From the NCBI GenBank assembly GCA_051530055.1, contig CM121343.1, positions 2,202,389 through 2,266,388 on the forward strand: a DNA stretch of 64,000 bases, given 5' to 3'. The notes under the pieces are model-generated. The model had not been told where the DNA came from. It did not search any database and saw only the letters and a list, made by a program, of their open reading frames with translations. Source of the stretch: Neoechinorhynchus agilis (lineage: Eukaryota > Animalia > Acanthocephala). Below, piece by piece: positions 48,700 through 60,429 of the stretch (position 1 is the stretch's first letter; each line of letters opens with the position of its first letter). A program made the translations under genes and the position numbers.

Positions 48700-49870
48700 C
48701 AATCAAACCTCGCAACCATTTTTGAATTTTTTTAATCGAATCTTTTTTCCCATTTACACACACAACAACAAAACGTTTCAACAATCCCCACCGTCCACGA
48801 AGAAGAGGCATCGCTCTCCCATCCCGAGACCAATGTTTTTGCGCAGGAAGGCACCAGCTCTTGCATTTCCTGCCTTGGCCTGGAGTCTACTCGATAATTC
48901 CTTCGTAAATCTAAGTGCCGAGCTACCGAGCGCACCAAGAGTCTTCACTCCAAAGGGTACAAAAACGTGAGACCTACTTAATTCTTTATATTTTCCCGCC
49001 TTTCGGTCCACCTCGGCAGTAGCCGCTCCCCCTGTGGACTGCACCACAAACCTCCTGTTACTTGCCGCGAACGTGGCGAACCAGAGAAGACATTTGCCTT
49101 CTCGCCACGGGAATACGGTGACGCCATCCGGACGACCACCATCAAGCCTGCATAGGTTGCTTGACTCTAAAATGTTTGGGACGTTCACCGCATTTAGGGC
49201 ACACGAAATTACGTCGTTCAATTCAACATGCCGTGAGAAACGCCCCCCTGAATTGTTGCAAACAAGACAATGTCTCCTCAGTAGATTCACGATCATTCCA
49301 GGCCGGCAACGATGTTCGATACAAATCGGTAGACCTAATATGAGGAACACTCCGATCCGACTGCTTCGCCTACGAGGAGTTTTCCCGCGGATGCAATGGG
49401 TAGGGCTTCCAACCATGCTCCCGATTCTCTTGTAGAGACTGCCAGCAATCTAGCCCGGTAGACCTCGTCGCGAGAGCCTGAAATTAGAGAATTATGAGCT
49501 CGAGCGACTAAAGGTTAATCCCAGATGGGCTGCTTTATGCCATTTACGGGAACTTATTTGTAACCTGTCTTCTCCCGCGATTCCTGGACCGCCACTAGAA
49601 ATTCGTCCGCTAAACAGAATTTGGGTCCCAATATACGTTTTACCAGATCCCGAGTCCCTTCGAATGATCCTAAAAACGCGGGCAACGACACATCTACTGT
49701 TTTTCGAATACCCAAGCCACCGGACGATACAGGCAATGAAGCTTGTAACCAGGCATCGTCTGATAGCTGGATATTTAAAATGTGCTCGAGACACGTTTTC
49801 ACCGTGTCATCGAGCTTCTTTAACTTATTGACGTGCTTGAAGAACGAAGCCGTGCGCAGTTTGTATAGTT
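48700..49870 (-). mobile_element. 5'-truncated decayed CRE-clade retrotransposon
   Basis: WLQASLPVSSGGLGIRK..SLPAFLGS, LGLPICIEHRCRPG..GGRFSRHVELNDVI..RPDGVTVFPWREGK..AEVDRKAGKY..FVPFGVKTLGALG; frameshifted. Confidence 0.88.
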
Positions 49871-50343
49871 TCTTTTTTAATTTGTACTTTAATTGATGCT
49901 TTGAGTTTTTATCGTGATTTTCTTTGTAAATTCAATAACTGCAACAACATTTAATAATGATTACGATCTCCAAGATTTTAATGGAAAAGATTTCAATCCT
50001 TAGTTGATCAGCGACTAATAAGCATCATGCACAATATAGAAATAAAAGCGGTAAAAAGTTCGATTGACCGGAAAAATGATAGATTGTTTCAGCTGGAACC
50101 AATCGAGAGAAGGGATAAAGATACAGGAGGAACTAACATCCCTGACGTATTTGGTCTCTAATGAGCTTGCAAACCCTTTTAGTCGTGGAAGATTTAAATA
50201 AAACCCATTTTGGTCAGTAAACAGTAATACAAAGACTTGGATTTCATTATTTTCGTTAGTAAAAAAGAAATGTACTTTTTAAGAGTTTGACTCCGTGCAA
50301 ATTGGTGATGATAAATGAAAAGGCATACATTTGACTAAAAGGT

Positions 50344-51948
50344 TTATTTATTCGTTGGACTTATTTTGGCTTTTTTCTTAGGTCCCCAATGAGGTTCCGG
50401 GTTATCCCAAAATTCACTGGCATGCTCTACTTCACTAATCCAGTCTTCATGATCATTAGCTGGCAAATTCAATGGTTTACGCATTTTTAAAGCTTCTAAC
50501 AATGGCTTAGCTGCGGCTTTATTCGTCGATGTTTGAGCACGTGATAGAGCGATAACAACATCCCAGACCACATCCATTGGAGCGTTTGTTTTTATTCCTT
50601 CGCGACCACAATGAGTAGACGAAACTTTGAACCCAAGATTGAGCATAGTTCTCTTTAATTTCTTTGGACTAATCGCTGGAGATCCAATAAGCTTGAACAT
50701 TTTACTAGGATTAAAAAAGAGGATGGATTCCTGTAATTCTTGTCGTGCAAGATTTAACGCTCCTTTGATTCTCCCCAAGGAAGATCCAAACTGTTCATTA
50801 TCACTTAGTTCTACACTAGAAATCATCTTATCAAGTAATTGAACATCGTGGAGTTGACCCGTCCATATCGGGCCAACCATTTTGAGTTCATAATGACAGA
50901 TTGGGCACTTATTAGGTTTTGGAGTGGTGGGTGCTTTAAGACGATCATTTTCGCTTTGGGATTTATCCACAAGTGGAGAAGTTGCATACCAAGCGCATCG
51001 TTGGCACACAAGTAAGTATCCGGTTCGTGATGACATTGAATCGCTACACTTCAGAGATCCTCGATAAACTTGAACAAATAGTCTAAAATAGAAATCAATA
51101 TGAAGACTGAGAACAGGTTGTATGTATCGACCAGCTTTTGATGCACTTGATTGTAGTGAGTATGTGTCAGTGATTTCCAGCTAAGATCATTAGGTAAAAA
51201 TCGATTAAAAGACTCCCATCTAAGCACTGAATGTGAAGAAAATCACTGGGTAAAGCAGTATACGGAGAGCAAGTTCGTGGCAACTTGCAAGTCCATGAAT
51301 GGTTGTAGATCCATATCGTGAAAGACAAGAAGCAACATTGTGTCCGCACAATACTATAGCATCAGTGGAAGTCACCATTAAAATCCCTGGAGCCGCTCTC
51401 GACAGACTTAGGGACCTTACAGCGAAATCCATAAAAGGACTAGCCGATCCATATGGATCAATGTCGATCACGTGGTACCTTTCGTCGTTTGAGTCAGCGA
51501 AAATAGCACGCTCTGCATTCTGACATGTCACTTTAACAGAACAGCTTTTAATTGTGGAATTCTCAGAACAGTCATTTCTTTTTAAGTTCTCTACTATATT
51601 CAGAACCGCTGATTGATCAATATCATTAGTTGTGATCGCAACTTGTTTATTCGTCAACTCCAGCGCGTAACGAATCGATCGCAGACCAGTCGCACCAAAC
51701 GCTTCAAGCAAACGAACTGAACCAGACTCATGTAAAACAACATTTAAAAATATAATACTCAAATCACGGTTCAATGCTTGAACTTTATTGTAGAACACAC
51801 CACCGCCCAATGCACAAACCGCTCTCCCTTCCCTGATCATGCGATCACCATCAATATCCGATCCATCACCAACACTACCAATGCACCTCTTCATCGATAT
51901 TAAAAATCGGGAAAATCTTGAATGCCGGAAAATCAGAGTCCTAAACAT
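50344..51948 (-). CDS. TRM1: tRNA (guanine26-N2)-dimethyltransferase; exons 51948-51247 and 51180-50344 (about 512 aa)
   Basis: VFYNKVQALNRDLS, LEAFGATGLRSIRYALE, NDID..AV..I..N, VIDIDPYGS..PF.D.A, HELALRILL|..YSL..SA...GRYIQPVLSL.IDFYFRLFV, CQRC..CPIC..GPIWTG.LHD, EPHWGPK. The 66-nt gtgatt..cttag intron keeps the frame, but its exact junction is less certain. Confidence 0.92.
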
Positions 51949-52151
51949 TCCATATCCGTGAAAAATCGAAAGAATTAATACCAATGCGAAAAACGCGGAA
52001 GAGCAAAATGGAAATTCGTTTTCATACGCACAATGCCAACTGGAATTCTTCGTACAAGCAGTTCAATGCTAAAGTAGCTTTCCTATGTTCAACAAACGAC
52101 TTGAAACTTCGAAACGAATGGCCATCAGCACGTTTATTCCCAAAAATGGGG

Positions 52152-53892
52152 CCGGAACGGACATCTCCCCCCCCCGCTCCGAGTGGACATCTCCCTGCCC
52201 TCGCCCCGAACGGACAATACCCGTCCCTAACGGACACCTCCCCGCCCTGAACGGACATTCCCCGTTCAGAACGGACATCTCTCCGCCCTGAACGGACATT
52301 CCCCCTTCCCGAACGGACATTCCCCGTTCAGAACGGACATAACTCGACCCGAACGGGCATCCTCCGTCCAGAACGGACATCTCCCCGCTATCAACGAACA
52401 TCCTCCGTCCAGAACGGACATCCTCCGTCCAGAACGGACATCCTCCGTCCAGAACGGACATCCTCCGTCCAGAACGGACATCCTCCGCCCGGAACGGACA
52501 TCCTCCGCCCAGAACGGACACCCTCCGTCCAGAACGGACATCCTCCGTCCAGAACGGACATCCTCCGCCCAGAACGAACATCCTCCGTCCAGAACGGACA
52601 TCCTCCGTCCAGAACGGACATCCTCCGTCCAGAACGGACATCCTCCGTCCAGAACGGACATCCTCCGTCCAGAACGGACATCCTCCGTCCAGAACGGACA
52701 TCCTCCGTCCAGAACGGACATCCTCCGTCCAGAACGGAAATCCTCCGCCTAGAACGGACATCCTCCGCCCTGAACGGACATTCCCCTTTCAGAACGGACA
52801 TCTCTCCGCCCTGAACGGACATTCCCCCTTCCCGAACGGACATCCTCCGTCCAGAACGGACATCCTCCGTCCAGAACGGACATCCTCCGCCCAGAACGGA
52901 CATCCTCCGCCTAGAACGGACATCCTCCGCCCAGAACGGACATCCTCCGTCCAGAACGGACATCCTCCGTCCAGAACGGACATCCTCCGCCCAGAACGGA
53001 CATCCTCCGTCCAGAACGGACATCCTCCGCCCAGAACGGACATCCTCCGTCCAGAACGGACATCCTCCGTCCAGAACGGACATCCTCCGTCCAGAACGGA
53101 CATCCTCCGTCCAGAACGGACATTCCCCCTTCCCGAACGGACATCCTCTGCCCAGAACGAACATCCTCCGTTCAGAACGGACATTCCCCGTTCAGAACGG
53201 ACATTCCCCGTTCAGAACGGACATCTCTCCGCCCTGAACGGACATTCCCCCTTCCCGAACGGACATCCTCTGCCCAGAACGAACATCCTCCGTTCAGAAC
53301 GGACATCCTCCGTCCAGAACGGACATCCTCCGTTCAGAACGGACATTCCCCGTTCAGAACGGACATTCCCCGTTCAGAACGGACATTCCCCCTTCCCGAA
53401 CGGACATCCTCTGCCCAGAACGAACATCCTCCGTTCAGAACGGACATTCCCGTTCAGAACGGACATTCCCCGTTCAGAACGGACATTCCCCGTTCAGAAC
53501 GGACATTCCCCGTTCGAACGGACCCCTTCCCGAACGGGCATTCCCCGTTCAGAACGGACATCTCTCCGCCCTGAACGGACATTCCCCCTTCCCGAACGGG
53601 CATCCTCCGCCCAGAACGGACATTCCCCGTTCAGAACGGACATTCCCCGTTCAGAACAGACATCCTCCGTTCAGAACGGACATTCCCCGTCCCGAACGGA
53701 CATCTCCCTGCCCTCAACAGACATTCCCCGTTCAGAACGGACATAACCCGACCCGAACGGGCATCCTCCGTTCAGAACGGACATCTCTCCGCCCTGAACG
53801 GGCATTCCCCCATCCCGAACGGACATTCCCCTTCCCGAACTGACATCCTCCGTCCAGAACGGACATCTCTCCGCCCTGAACGGACATAACCC
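52152..53892. repeat. GC-rich minisatellite, unit of about 20 bp (cagaacggacatcctccgtc and variants), roughly 85 units
   Basis: Direct inspection. Interspersed variant blocks recur, for example catctctccgccctgaacggacattcccccttccc near 52270, 52800, 53220 and 53560. The minus-strand ORFs here are artefacts. Confidence 0.97.
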
Positions 53893-54009
53893 GTCCCAAA
53901 TGATGATTCTAGGCCTCAAATGATTCTGAGCATGAAATGATTCTGAGGAAAGACTAACCTTACAAGCGCCCTTGCGAGCAATAAACACCAATTCCCACCA
54001 GAACGGGCC

Positions 54010-54330
54010 TTCCAATTCAAACGGACATTCTCAATCGAGCGGACCTGGATAGTTCCTACCGAATAGACATCCCTCCGACTATATATTACCTCCCTAACGG
54101 GCATCCCTCGACTGTATATTCCCATATTAACGAATGAGGACCCATAGGTACATGGGTCCTCCTAAACCTTTCTTTGTATTTTCAATAAACCTGTTATATA
54201 GAACACGACCGGATATTTTCACTCAAACGGTCATACCCGACCAGATACTCTTACCCTAACGGATACGCTTTTTGAACAGCTCTAAACTCGAGTGCTCCAA
54301 TGAACCCGGTACACGAATAACTCCATCTCG
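54010..54330 (+). mobile_element. Non-autonomous rolling-circle-like (Helentron/HINE-type?) element end: subrepeat modules plus a perfect hairpin at 54136-54161
   Basis: gaggacccat-aggtac-atgggtcctc is followed by a T-rich tract and aataaa. The module gaccggatatt..gaccagatactc..ctcgagtgc is shared with 59580-59740. Confidence 0.5.
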
Positions 54331-54478
54331 CTGTATAAAGTCCCATGAGGCAATAGAATAAAACGAGACGGATCTTTAGATGTCTCTGAATGCTTAGAAC
54401 TTTCGATATCGTCTTTTGCGAAGCGGTAACCCATAGCAATGCTGTTTAAGTTGAATCGTATTTCCATCGAAAAGATAA

Positions 54479-56124
54479 ATGTGCTTGTTAGCAATTTTGA
54501 TAGCTCATCTTCCATTGTACGTACTTGGCTATTTTGAAATTCTACAGAAAGATGAGGACAAGATTATGAACGTATTTGTGCATCGTGGACAAGAGCTAAG
54601 ACTCTACCACATTGAAAATATAATGGAGTCAAAGAGAGATCCGAATAGAGCATTTCAATGGATTCGATTGCCATCGGAGGAATTGGCTCGATTATCCGAA
54701 GGGGCATCCAAACAGGGCAAACCAGGAACATTATCGCTTGTAGAATCGAGCGTTCAAGCTGGATGGACTATACCAATCTTTCTTGATCCATAAAGATAGT
54801 CTTGTTTTGAAAAAGAAAGACTGGGGTATTAGGCAGTTTCAGAGGTTTGCTAAAATTGAAGTACGAGAAATAAAATTGCACCGTCCAATTATACATGAAG
54901 ATGCTGGATTCTACGCTTTAGTTTGTTCGAATGAAAAACGAATGAACGTTATAAAGACCGTTCTAATAGTCGTGGTTCATGAGTTGTCAATCTCTTCAAC
55001 TTCATCGGCGATTACTAGAGCGGGCCAAGATAGTATAATTGATACGAACGTGTTTTGTACGCTAAATTATGAGGCCGGCGGACGAGATATCGGACATCTT
55101 GTACAACTTTCAATACATTTAGACGATGGAGATGAAGAAGATTATAATGTTCCGGTTCGTACAAACATCGTTACCATGATGCCTGGCATTTTAAAACTTA
55201 GATCTTTCTATAGGAGTCTAACCGATCTTCAAAATTCTATATTCTGTCGATTGTATCCACGAGATTGGAATCCGACGGTAAGTAGCGGACGAATATCTGT
55301 TGCCAAAATAGCAGGCGGTGCATTTAAGGACCAGGACAATAAAATTGAGACAATATTTACATTGCCGGGCGAAAATGTTTCTTTAAAGTGCAACGCAATG
55401 TGCAATCCGGCTGCCAATTTGTATGAGTGGATCGTTGATGGTTCATTTTATTCTCATGTAGAGGAATGCGATCAATAAGATCGGGTGTCTTTAATGATTC
55501 TTTAACTGACGATACTCCATATATTTGATCTTTTAAATTTCATTTTAAGAGTTATACCTATTGATAAACGATGAGTAAGTTGATGAAATCATAGGACGTT
55601 GCTTATTTGTCCCAGCCAAGGTTTTGCAATTTCTTTGAGTGCACTAAAGCAAAAAAAGGAAAATGTCTAAGTAGACATTCACGAGCTCAATTTGTCGGGT
55701 TTTATTTTTCAATTCGCCCAATTATTGAAAGTTCTTTTAAGTTTCCTTTATATCATTTCGTTACATATATAACAATGGATTCTATGGCTTCCCCTTTTCA
55801 TAATTTCGTGTCAAATTTTCAATGTCTTATAAATCGCGATTTGTAAGAGATGGGAGCGATTCAATTCAGATAGCATCCGGAAATCATACTGTTTCATGCA
55901 CAGCGATTCACTTAAAGGATGACATGAAGATGGCCGAATCCGAGATTCAATTCAGAGTTCTTCGTGGCTATTCAGCTTCTCTTTTAAGTGGTGTTTCCAT
56001 GATTAATAAATTTGGAGTAGTATCCATATTATGCCTATTTATGGGTTCCGCTATGTACTTCATGAAGAAGTCCGTTTTCCGGCAGTCGACTGATGAGCGT
56101 GGCATTATAGCTATTCAAGTTTGA
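54479..56124 (+). CDS. Immunoglobulin-superfamily single-pass membrane protein, multi-exon; junctions near 54760-54900 and 55450-55850 unresolved
   Basis: Signal-like MCLLAILIAHLPLYVLG. Ig motifs FQWIR..GTLSL / EDAGFYALVCSN, and PGENVSLKCNAMCNPAA..YEWIVDG..VSCTA. C-terminal TM FGVVSILCLFMGSAMYFM followed by KK. Confidence 0.65.
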
Positions 56125-56559
56125 TAAATTCTAAATAAACTTTTAATGATTTGAAGTGCGGCTGATGGTAATTTTCGATAACTACGCCTTGGATTTATAT
56201 TTCCAGATTTTGCGGGCGAACTATTAATCCTGGGAAATAATTTGTTGAACGCAAATATGATAACACTTTGGAGAATACGCACTTCCTTGCATGTCTCATT
56301 CGCAACACGGGGCCGGTAACCGATTTCAGAAGTTATAATTTCTCCGTGTAATTTTTGCCTAGGTCAACATTTATTATAGTGTAGTAAGTTGATCCAGGCA
56401 GAAGGAGCGAGACTGAATGTCGATTTTATCTCAAATACCTCAGTTTATTTTTGCCGCCTATAAGTGTAAAAATTTGAACCCATGCAAATTGTTTAGGATC
56501 AAGCTCGAGTATTTTTCTTAAGATGCCATTTTCCTAAACAACCTCAAATCTCTCCCCTC

Positions 56560-56950
56560 ATCACCCATTCACCACCCCACCTCTTCCTCTCTTTAACCTC
56601 TAACGAAATCACACACATAAAAGATTTCTGCAACAATCATAACTCCGTCTCAATTTCTCTAAATGCTTCGAAATGATCCTTTCATTATCCCACAACCCCA
56701 CATCCTACCCCGATCTTCCAAATGACATCCTACAAGTCACCTCCTTCAGAATTCTGGGTCTCTAATTTCAATCAAATCTGAAATAAGACTCGCACATTAC
56801 ACTTTCCCTCAAACGCAATACCTTTAAAATCTACCTACACAAACGCCTCCGCCATTTACGAATCCCTACGCTCGCTCTTTCCAAATTTTACTACAGCTTT
56901 TTTACCCTCTCTTCCTGCACCAAGCTACCAAGCTACGGATTACAAAGTGC
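56560..56950 (+). mobile_element. Probable decayed L2/CR1 body, continuing at 58560 after nested insertions
   Basis: Shares the C/T-rich strand bias and orientation of the RT remnant at 58560-59470. No intact motif was read. Confidence 0.35.
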
Positions 56951-57016
56951 AAAGAAGTTGTTGATAGATTTATTTTGTTTAGTGATATAGAGATTGGTTT
57001 ATTTTTACCCTTTCAC

Positions 57017-57050
57017 ACAATATTTCGTCCGTATCGTCGGACGTCTTCAG
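57017..57050 (-). ncRNA. Minimal hammerhead ribozyme motif (solo)
   Basis: CTGAAGA-C-GTCCG-ACGATA-CGGAC-GAAA-TATT: intact core and perfect 5-bp stem II, but only about 2 bp of stem I. Confidence 0.6.
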
Positions 57051-57139
57051 GTCCAGAAGTTTTCGGATCTTGGCGGGGTTTTACGCTCTTTTTTAAAGAA
57101 AATTTTAAATATAAACATTACGGATACGGGCTGGCGATA

Positions 57140-58150
57140 GGCTACGTTTCCAGCCTCTTTTAGCGGCCTCGGCATCCGCGCAGTGTCTGATTTAGCCTTT
57201 CCAGCGTTCCTCGCTTCTTACCGAGCCAGCAAAACTTACGGGGGAGCCCTTTCCAACATGGGGCAAAACTCGCAATATTATTTGGACGGTTTAACGATCT
57301 GGCAATCCCGGACAGAGATCCCGCACCTTCCGGAAGATGACCACAAGCAGTCGGCCTGGGACCTTCCCCTCATAAAGAAGATTCACAAATCTTTTAACGA
57401 TCTTCTCGACGAGGTTACCCAAGTTCGTCTTGCGGCGTCGTGAGCCTGGCTAAATGCTCTCCCCGCCCCGACAATCGGAACTCTTCTAGAGGATTCTACG
57501 TTAGGGGTCGCAGTTTCTTTAAGATTGGGCCAGGATATTTGTATCCCGCATCGCTGTCGCTGCGGCTCTATAGTTGACGCTAATGGCAGACACGGTCTCT
57601 GTTGTAAAATGTCCAGAGGGAGGTTTCCAAGACACTCAGAATTGAACTCAATTTTGAGTAGAGCCCTAGATTCCGTCCACGTGCCCAATATTTAAGAGCC
57701 GAGTAATTTATGCCGCCTAGACAGCAAGCGACCTGACGGTGTCACGGTTTTTCCATGGTGGGAGGTAAAACCGCTTTTATGGGATGCGACTTGTGTGGAC
57801 ACGCTTGCCCCCAGTAATTTTCCCTTTTCAAAAAAGAGCCCTGGAGGTTCAGCGGTCATAGCTGAGGAACGAAAGCGTTCAAAATATAGAGAGCTATTAA
57901 GGAATTACCATTTCGTCCCTTTTGATGTGGAAACGTATGGAGCCTTGGGTCCATCAGCGCTCACTCTCCTCAACGATTTGGTACGAACGACGAAAAGGAT
58001 GACGGGGGAACCGCGCTCGAGGAATTTCCTCGCTCAATGAATCGCAATCGCGATACAGCGAGGGAACGCTGCCAGTATACTGGCAACGTCGGGATGTTTA
58101 CAGGAATGAAAAGCGAAATAGTTTTACCAAAGAATAGAATAAATTTAGTT
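57140..58150 (+). mobile_element. 5'-truncated decayed CRE-clade retrotransposon
   Basis: SGLGIRAVSDLAFPAFLASY, WLNALPAPTIGTLL..LRLGQDICIPHRCRCG..GRHGLCCK..GRFPRHSELN, KRPDGVTVFPW, WDATCVDTLAPS, FVPFDVETYGALG, SIAIAIQRGNAAS; A-rich tail. Confidence 0.9.
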
Positions 58151-58559
58151 AATATTAAAAAAAATATCATTAAACAAAATAAATGCATACAAGCCCTAGC
58201 GGCGCAGTTAATCAAGTCAATTGAAGATTGTTGAAGAACCTTATCATTAGGTCGCTTTTGAAGGAGTAACTCAACTTCGGAGTAAGCGTGAATAGCGGAC
58301 TTAGAGAAGATATATTTTTCTGAAGTGTCGAAACAAGGAGGTCCATAGCTTTTAATTCTAGACACCCTAACTACTTTGTTCAATGTCGTACAGACCTTCT
58401 CCGAAACTACATCAACCGCTGATTCCGAAGCACATGCAGAAGTGACAGAAGATGTTTCTGTTTCATTCGGTAACGATTCGTAGTTCGTGGAAATTGTTTT
58501 TCCCTCCACTTGATTCAGGACAAATAAAAAGGTTTTTTCGCTTAAGCCTTACTCGGCGC

Positions 58560-59470
58560 CATTGTGGCGAACTACTTCTCAAAAATGTTTCTGATCTTGG
58601 CAATCTGCAGCAGGGTTGTAGGTCTAAAGATCGTTATAGACGATTTGATCGGATTCCACTCTGAGGGATTTCGCGATTCTCCCCGTGGATTCCATCGATC
58701 ACAATCTTCTCCCTGGCACATGCTCTAAATTTGGTCTTGCCGCCTGGCAAATCAAATGGTTGAAATCTTTTCTAAACAATAGATTACAATTTGTCGAAAT
58801 AAAGAGCATCGCCTCGAACACTAGCAATCAACAAGGGAGTCCCCCAAGGGGCTGTTCTCCCCCATTCTTTTCAACATTTTTCTGAACGATATTATTCCAT
58901 CCTATTCTTATTCTATACTGATGATCTGACAATCATTACGCATTCACCGGCTCCCCTTTCACTATCAATTATTTCTAAGGAGATTTCTCACGTTCAAGCA
59001 TTTTCTCCTCTAAATGTCTTACCCTTAACTTAACCAAGTGTTTTGAAATCGTCCCCCTCAATCTCAAATAGCCCATTCGTTCAACCATTTCTTTTCCTAT
59101 CATTTGTGTCTCCTCTGTTCGTATACTTGGTCTTCATTGTACAAAGGGTCCATTAAACTCTATCTTCTCAATTGTCTCCGATTCCTTGGATTATCATCCA
59201 AAGACCTTAAGTACTTCTATATGTCCGCCATCTTACCATCGCTCACCTACGCGCATATCCAACCTTCTGCAATTTTTCTTCTAAACTATTCAAAAAACTT
59301 AACACATTTAACAAGAGGTGCGCTCTAATCTGCTCCTCCGAACTCCTACCCTTAGAAAAACACCTCTCTCTAATCTTTCAAAAGCATTCAAATCGCATCT
59401 ATCTCTTCCACCTCAATTTCTACCACACATTTCGCCCCTCTGTACCTCCGCACTTTCTTCTTTACTGCTC
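58560..59470 (+). mobile_element. Decayed L2/CR1-type LINE reverse transcriptase
   Basis: QQGCRSK, DSIDHNLL..KFGL..WQIKWLKSFLNNRLQFVEI, G(S)PQG, YTDDLTI (58914-58925); multiple frameshifts. Confidence 0.75.
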
Positions 59471-59579
59471 AATCCTCCAAATGCGAATTGATTCTGAGAA
59501 AAGAGCGGAAAACAACAGCCTAACAACTTAACTAACCAAAATCAAATAAATCTCCCACAAAAAATAACCCCCGCTAGAC

Positions 59580-59740
59580 CGGATATTAACATGTGAACGG
59601 GCATTCCCCGACCGGATACTCCTACCCGACCGAACCCGTAATCCTTTTAAAAATAAACAACCGCATTCGTTTGATAAATCAGAACTCGAGTGCCCACGGA
59701 GACCCAGAGGTACATGGTTTCTCTGTTTGTATCAATAAAA
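59580..59740 (+). mobile_element. Short dispersed copy of the hairpin-ended element seen at 54.0-54.3 kb
   Basis: gaccggatatt..gaacgggcattccccgaccggatactcc..ctcgagtgc, then gagacccagaggtacatggtttctc (59699-59723) and tttgtatcaataaaa. Confidence 0.6.
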
Positions 59741-60429
59741 TGTGTTATTATTGTATTACTCCAGATTGTGAGAGCGCCGGTAATGAGAACAAGGGTCCGA
59801 AAAGATTCTGCGCCCAATTTAACAGCCGTGGGTTACTCATGTTCACGATTGAACGTTTTTATCCGTTCCAAGGACAGTGTTATTAGAGAAGAAGCAACAA
59901 ACGATTTATAGTCATAAAACGAGCTACAACAACTGCATTTTTAGGTAAAAAATTCTCCTTTATAGGCACAATCACACCTTGGCCTGAAATCCCAAAGACA
60001 GATAAAAGGCACTGAAATATTAGTCACTTCAGTACATAACAAATTGCAAGAGTTGGGTTGCCTCTACTTTTTTTGATTTCGATTTCAATGCTCAAGCTTA
60101 AAAGTCTTCTTAATCATTCGATCCGTATTCGAATCGTAAACCTTCGAGTTAGTCGGGTTGCTTTTTTCGTTATTACCATGGTTGCAGGGATTACGATCAG
60201 ACTTTTTAACTCACTGAAATTTGTCTAAAAGAGTAAATACAAATGCTACTGAATGATCTGTTGATGGAAGATTTATCGGCTATTTAATCGAGCGACTGAT
60301 GGTAATTTTTATGATTTTCTAATTGTTGCCAGAAATGTACACTACGGACATTTAATAACCAGCAACCTAATTGAAAAGAATCACACCAAGGGTTTCCGTG
60401 TTTAAAGGAGATTGGACCCACTCCGCTAA

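Noticed and set aside
52069-54015. Multi-frame ORFs MSVLDGGCPFWTEDVRSGRR repeats
   Set aside because: A by-product of a stop-free 20-bp unit. It is open in all minus frames, which argues against coding.
57970-58509. 179-aa minus-strand ORF
   Set aside because: It partly overlaps the antisense of a CRE tail, has no recognisable domain and has no ATG context support.
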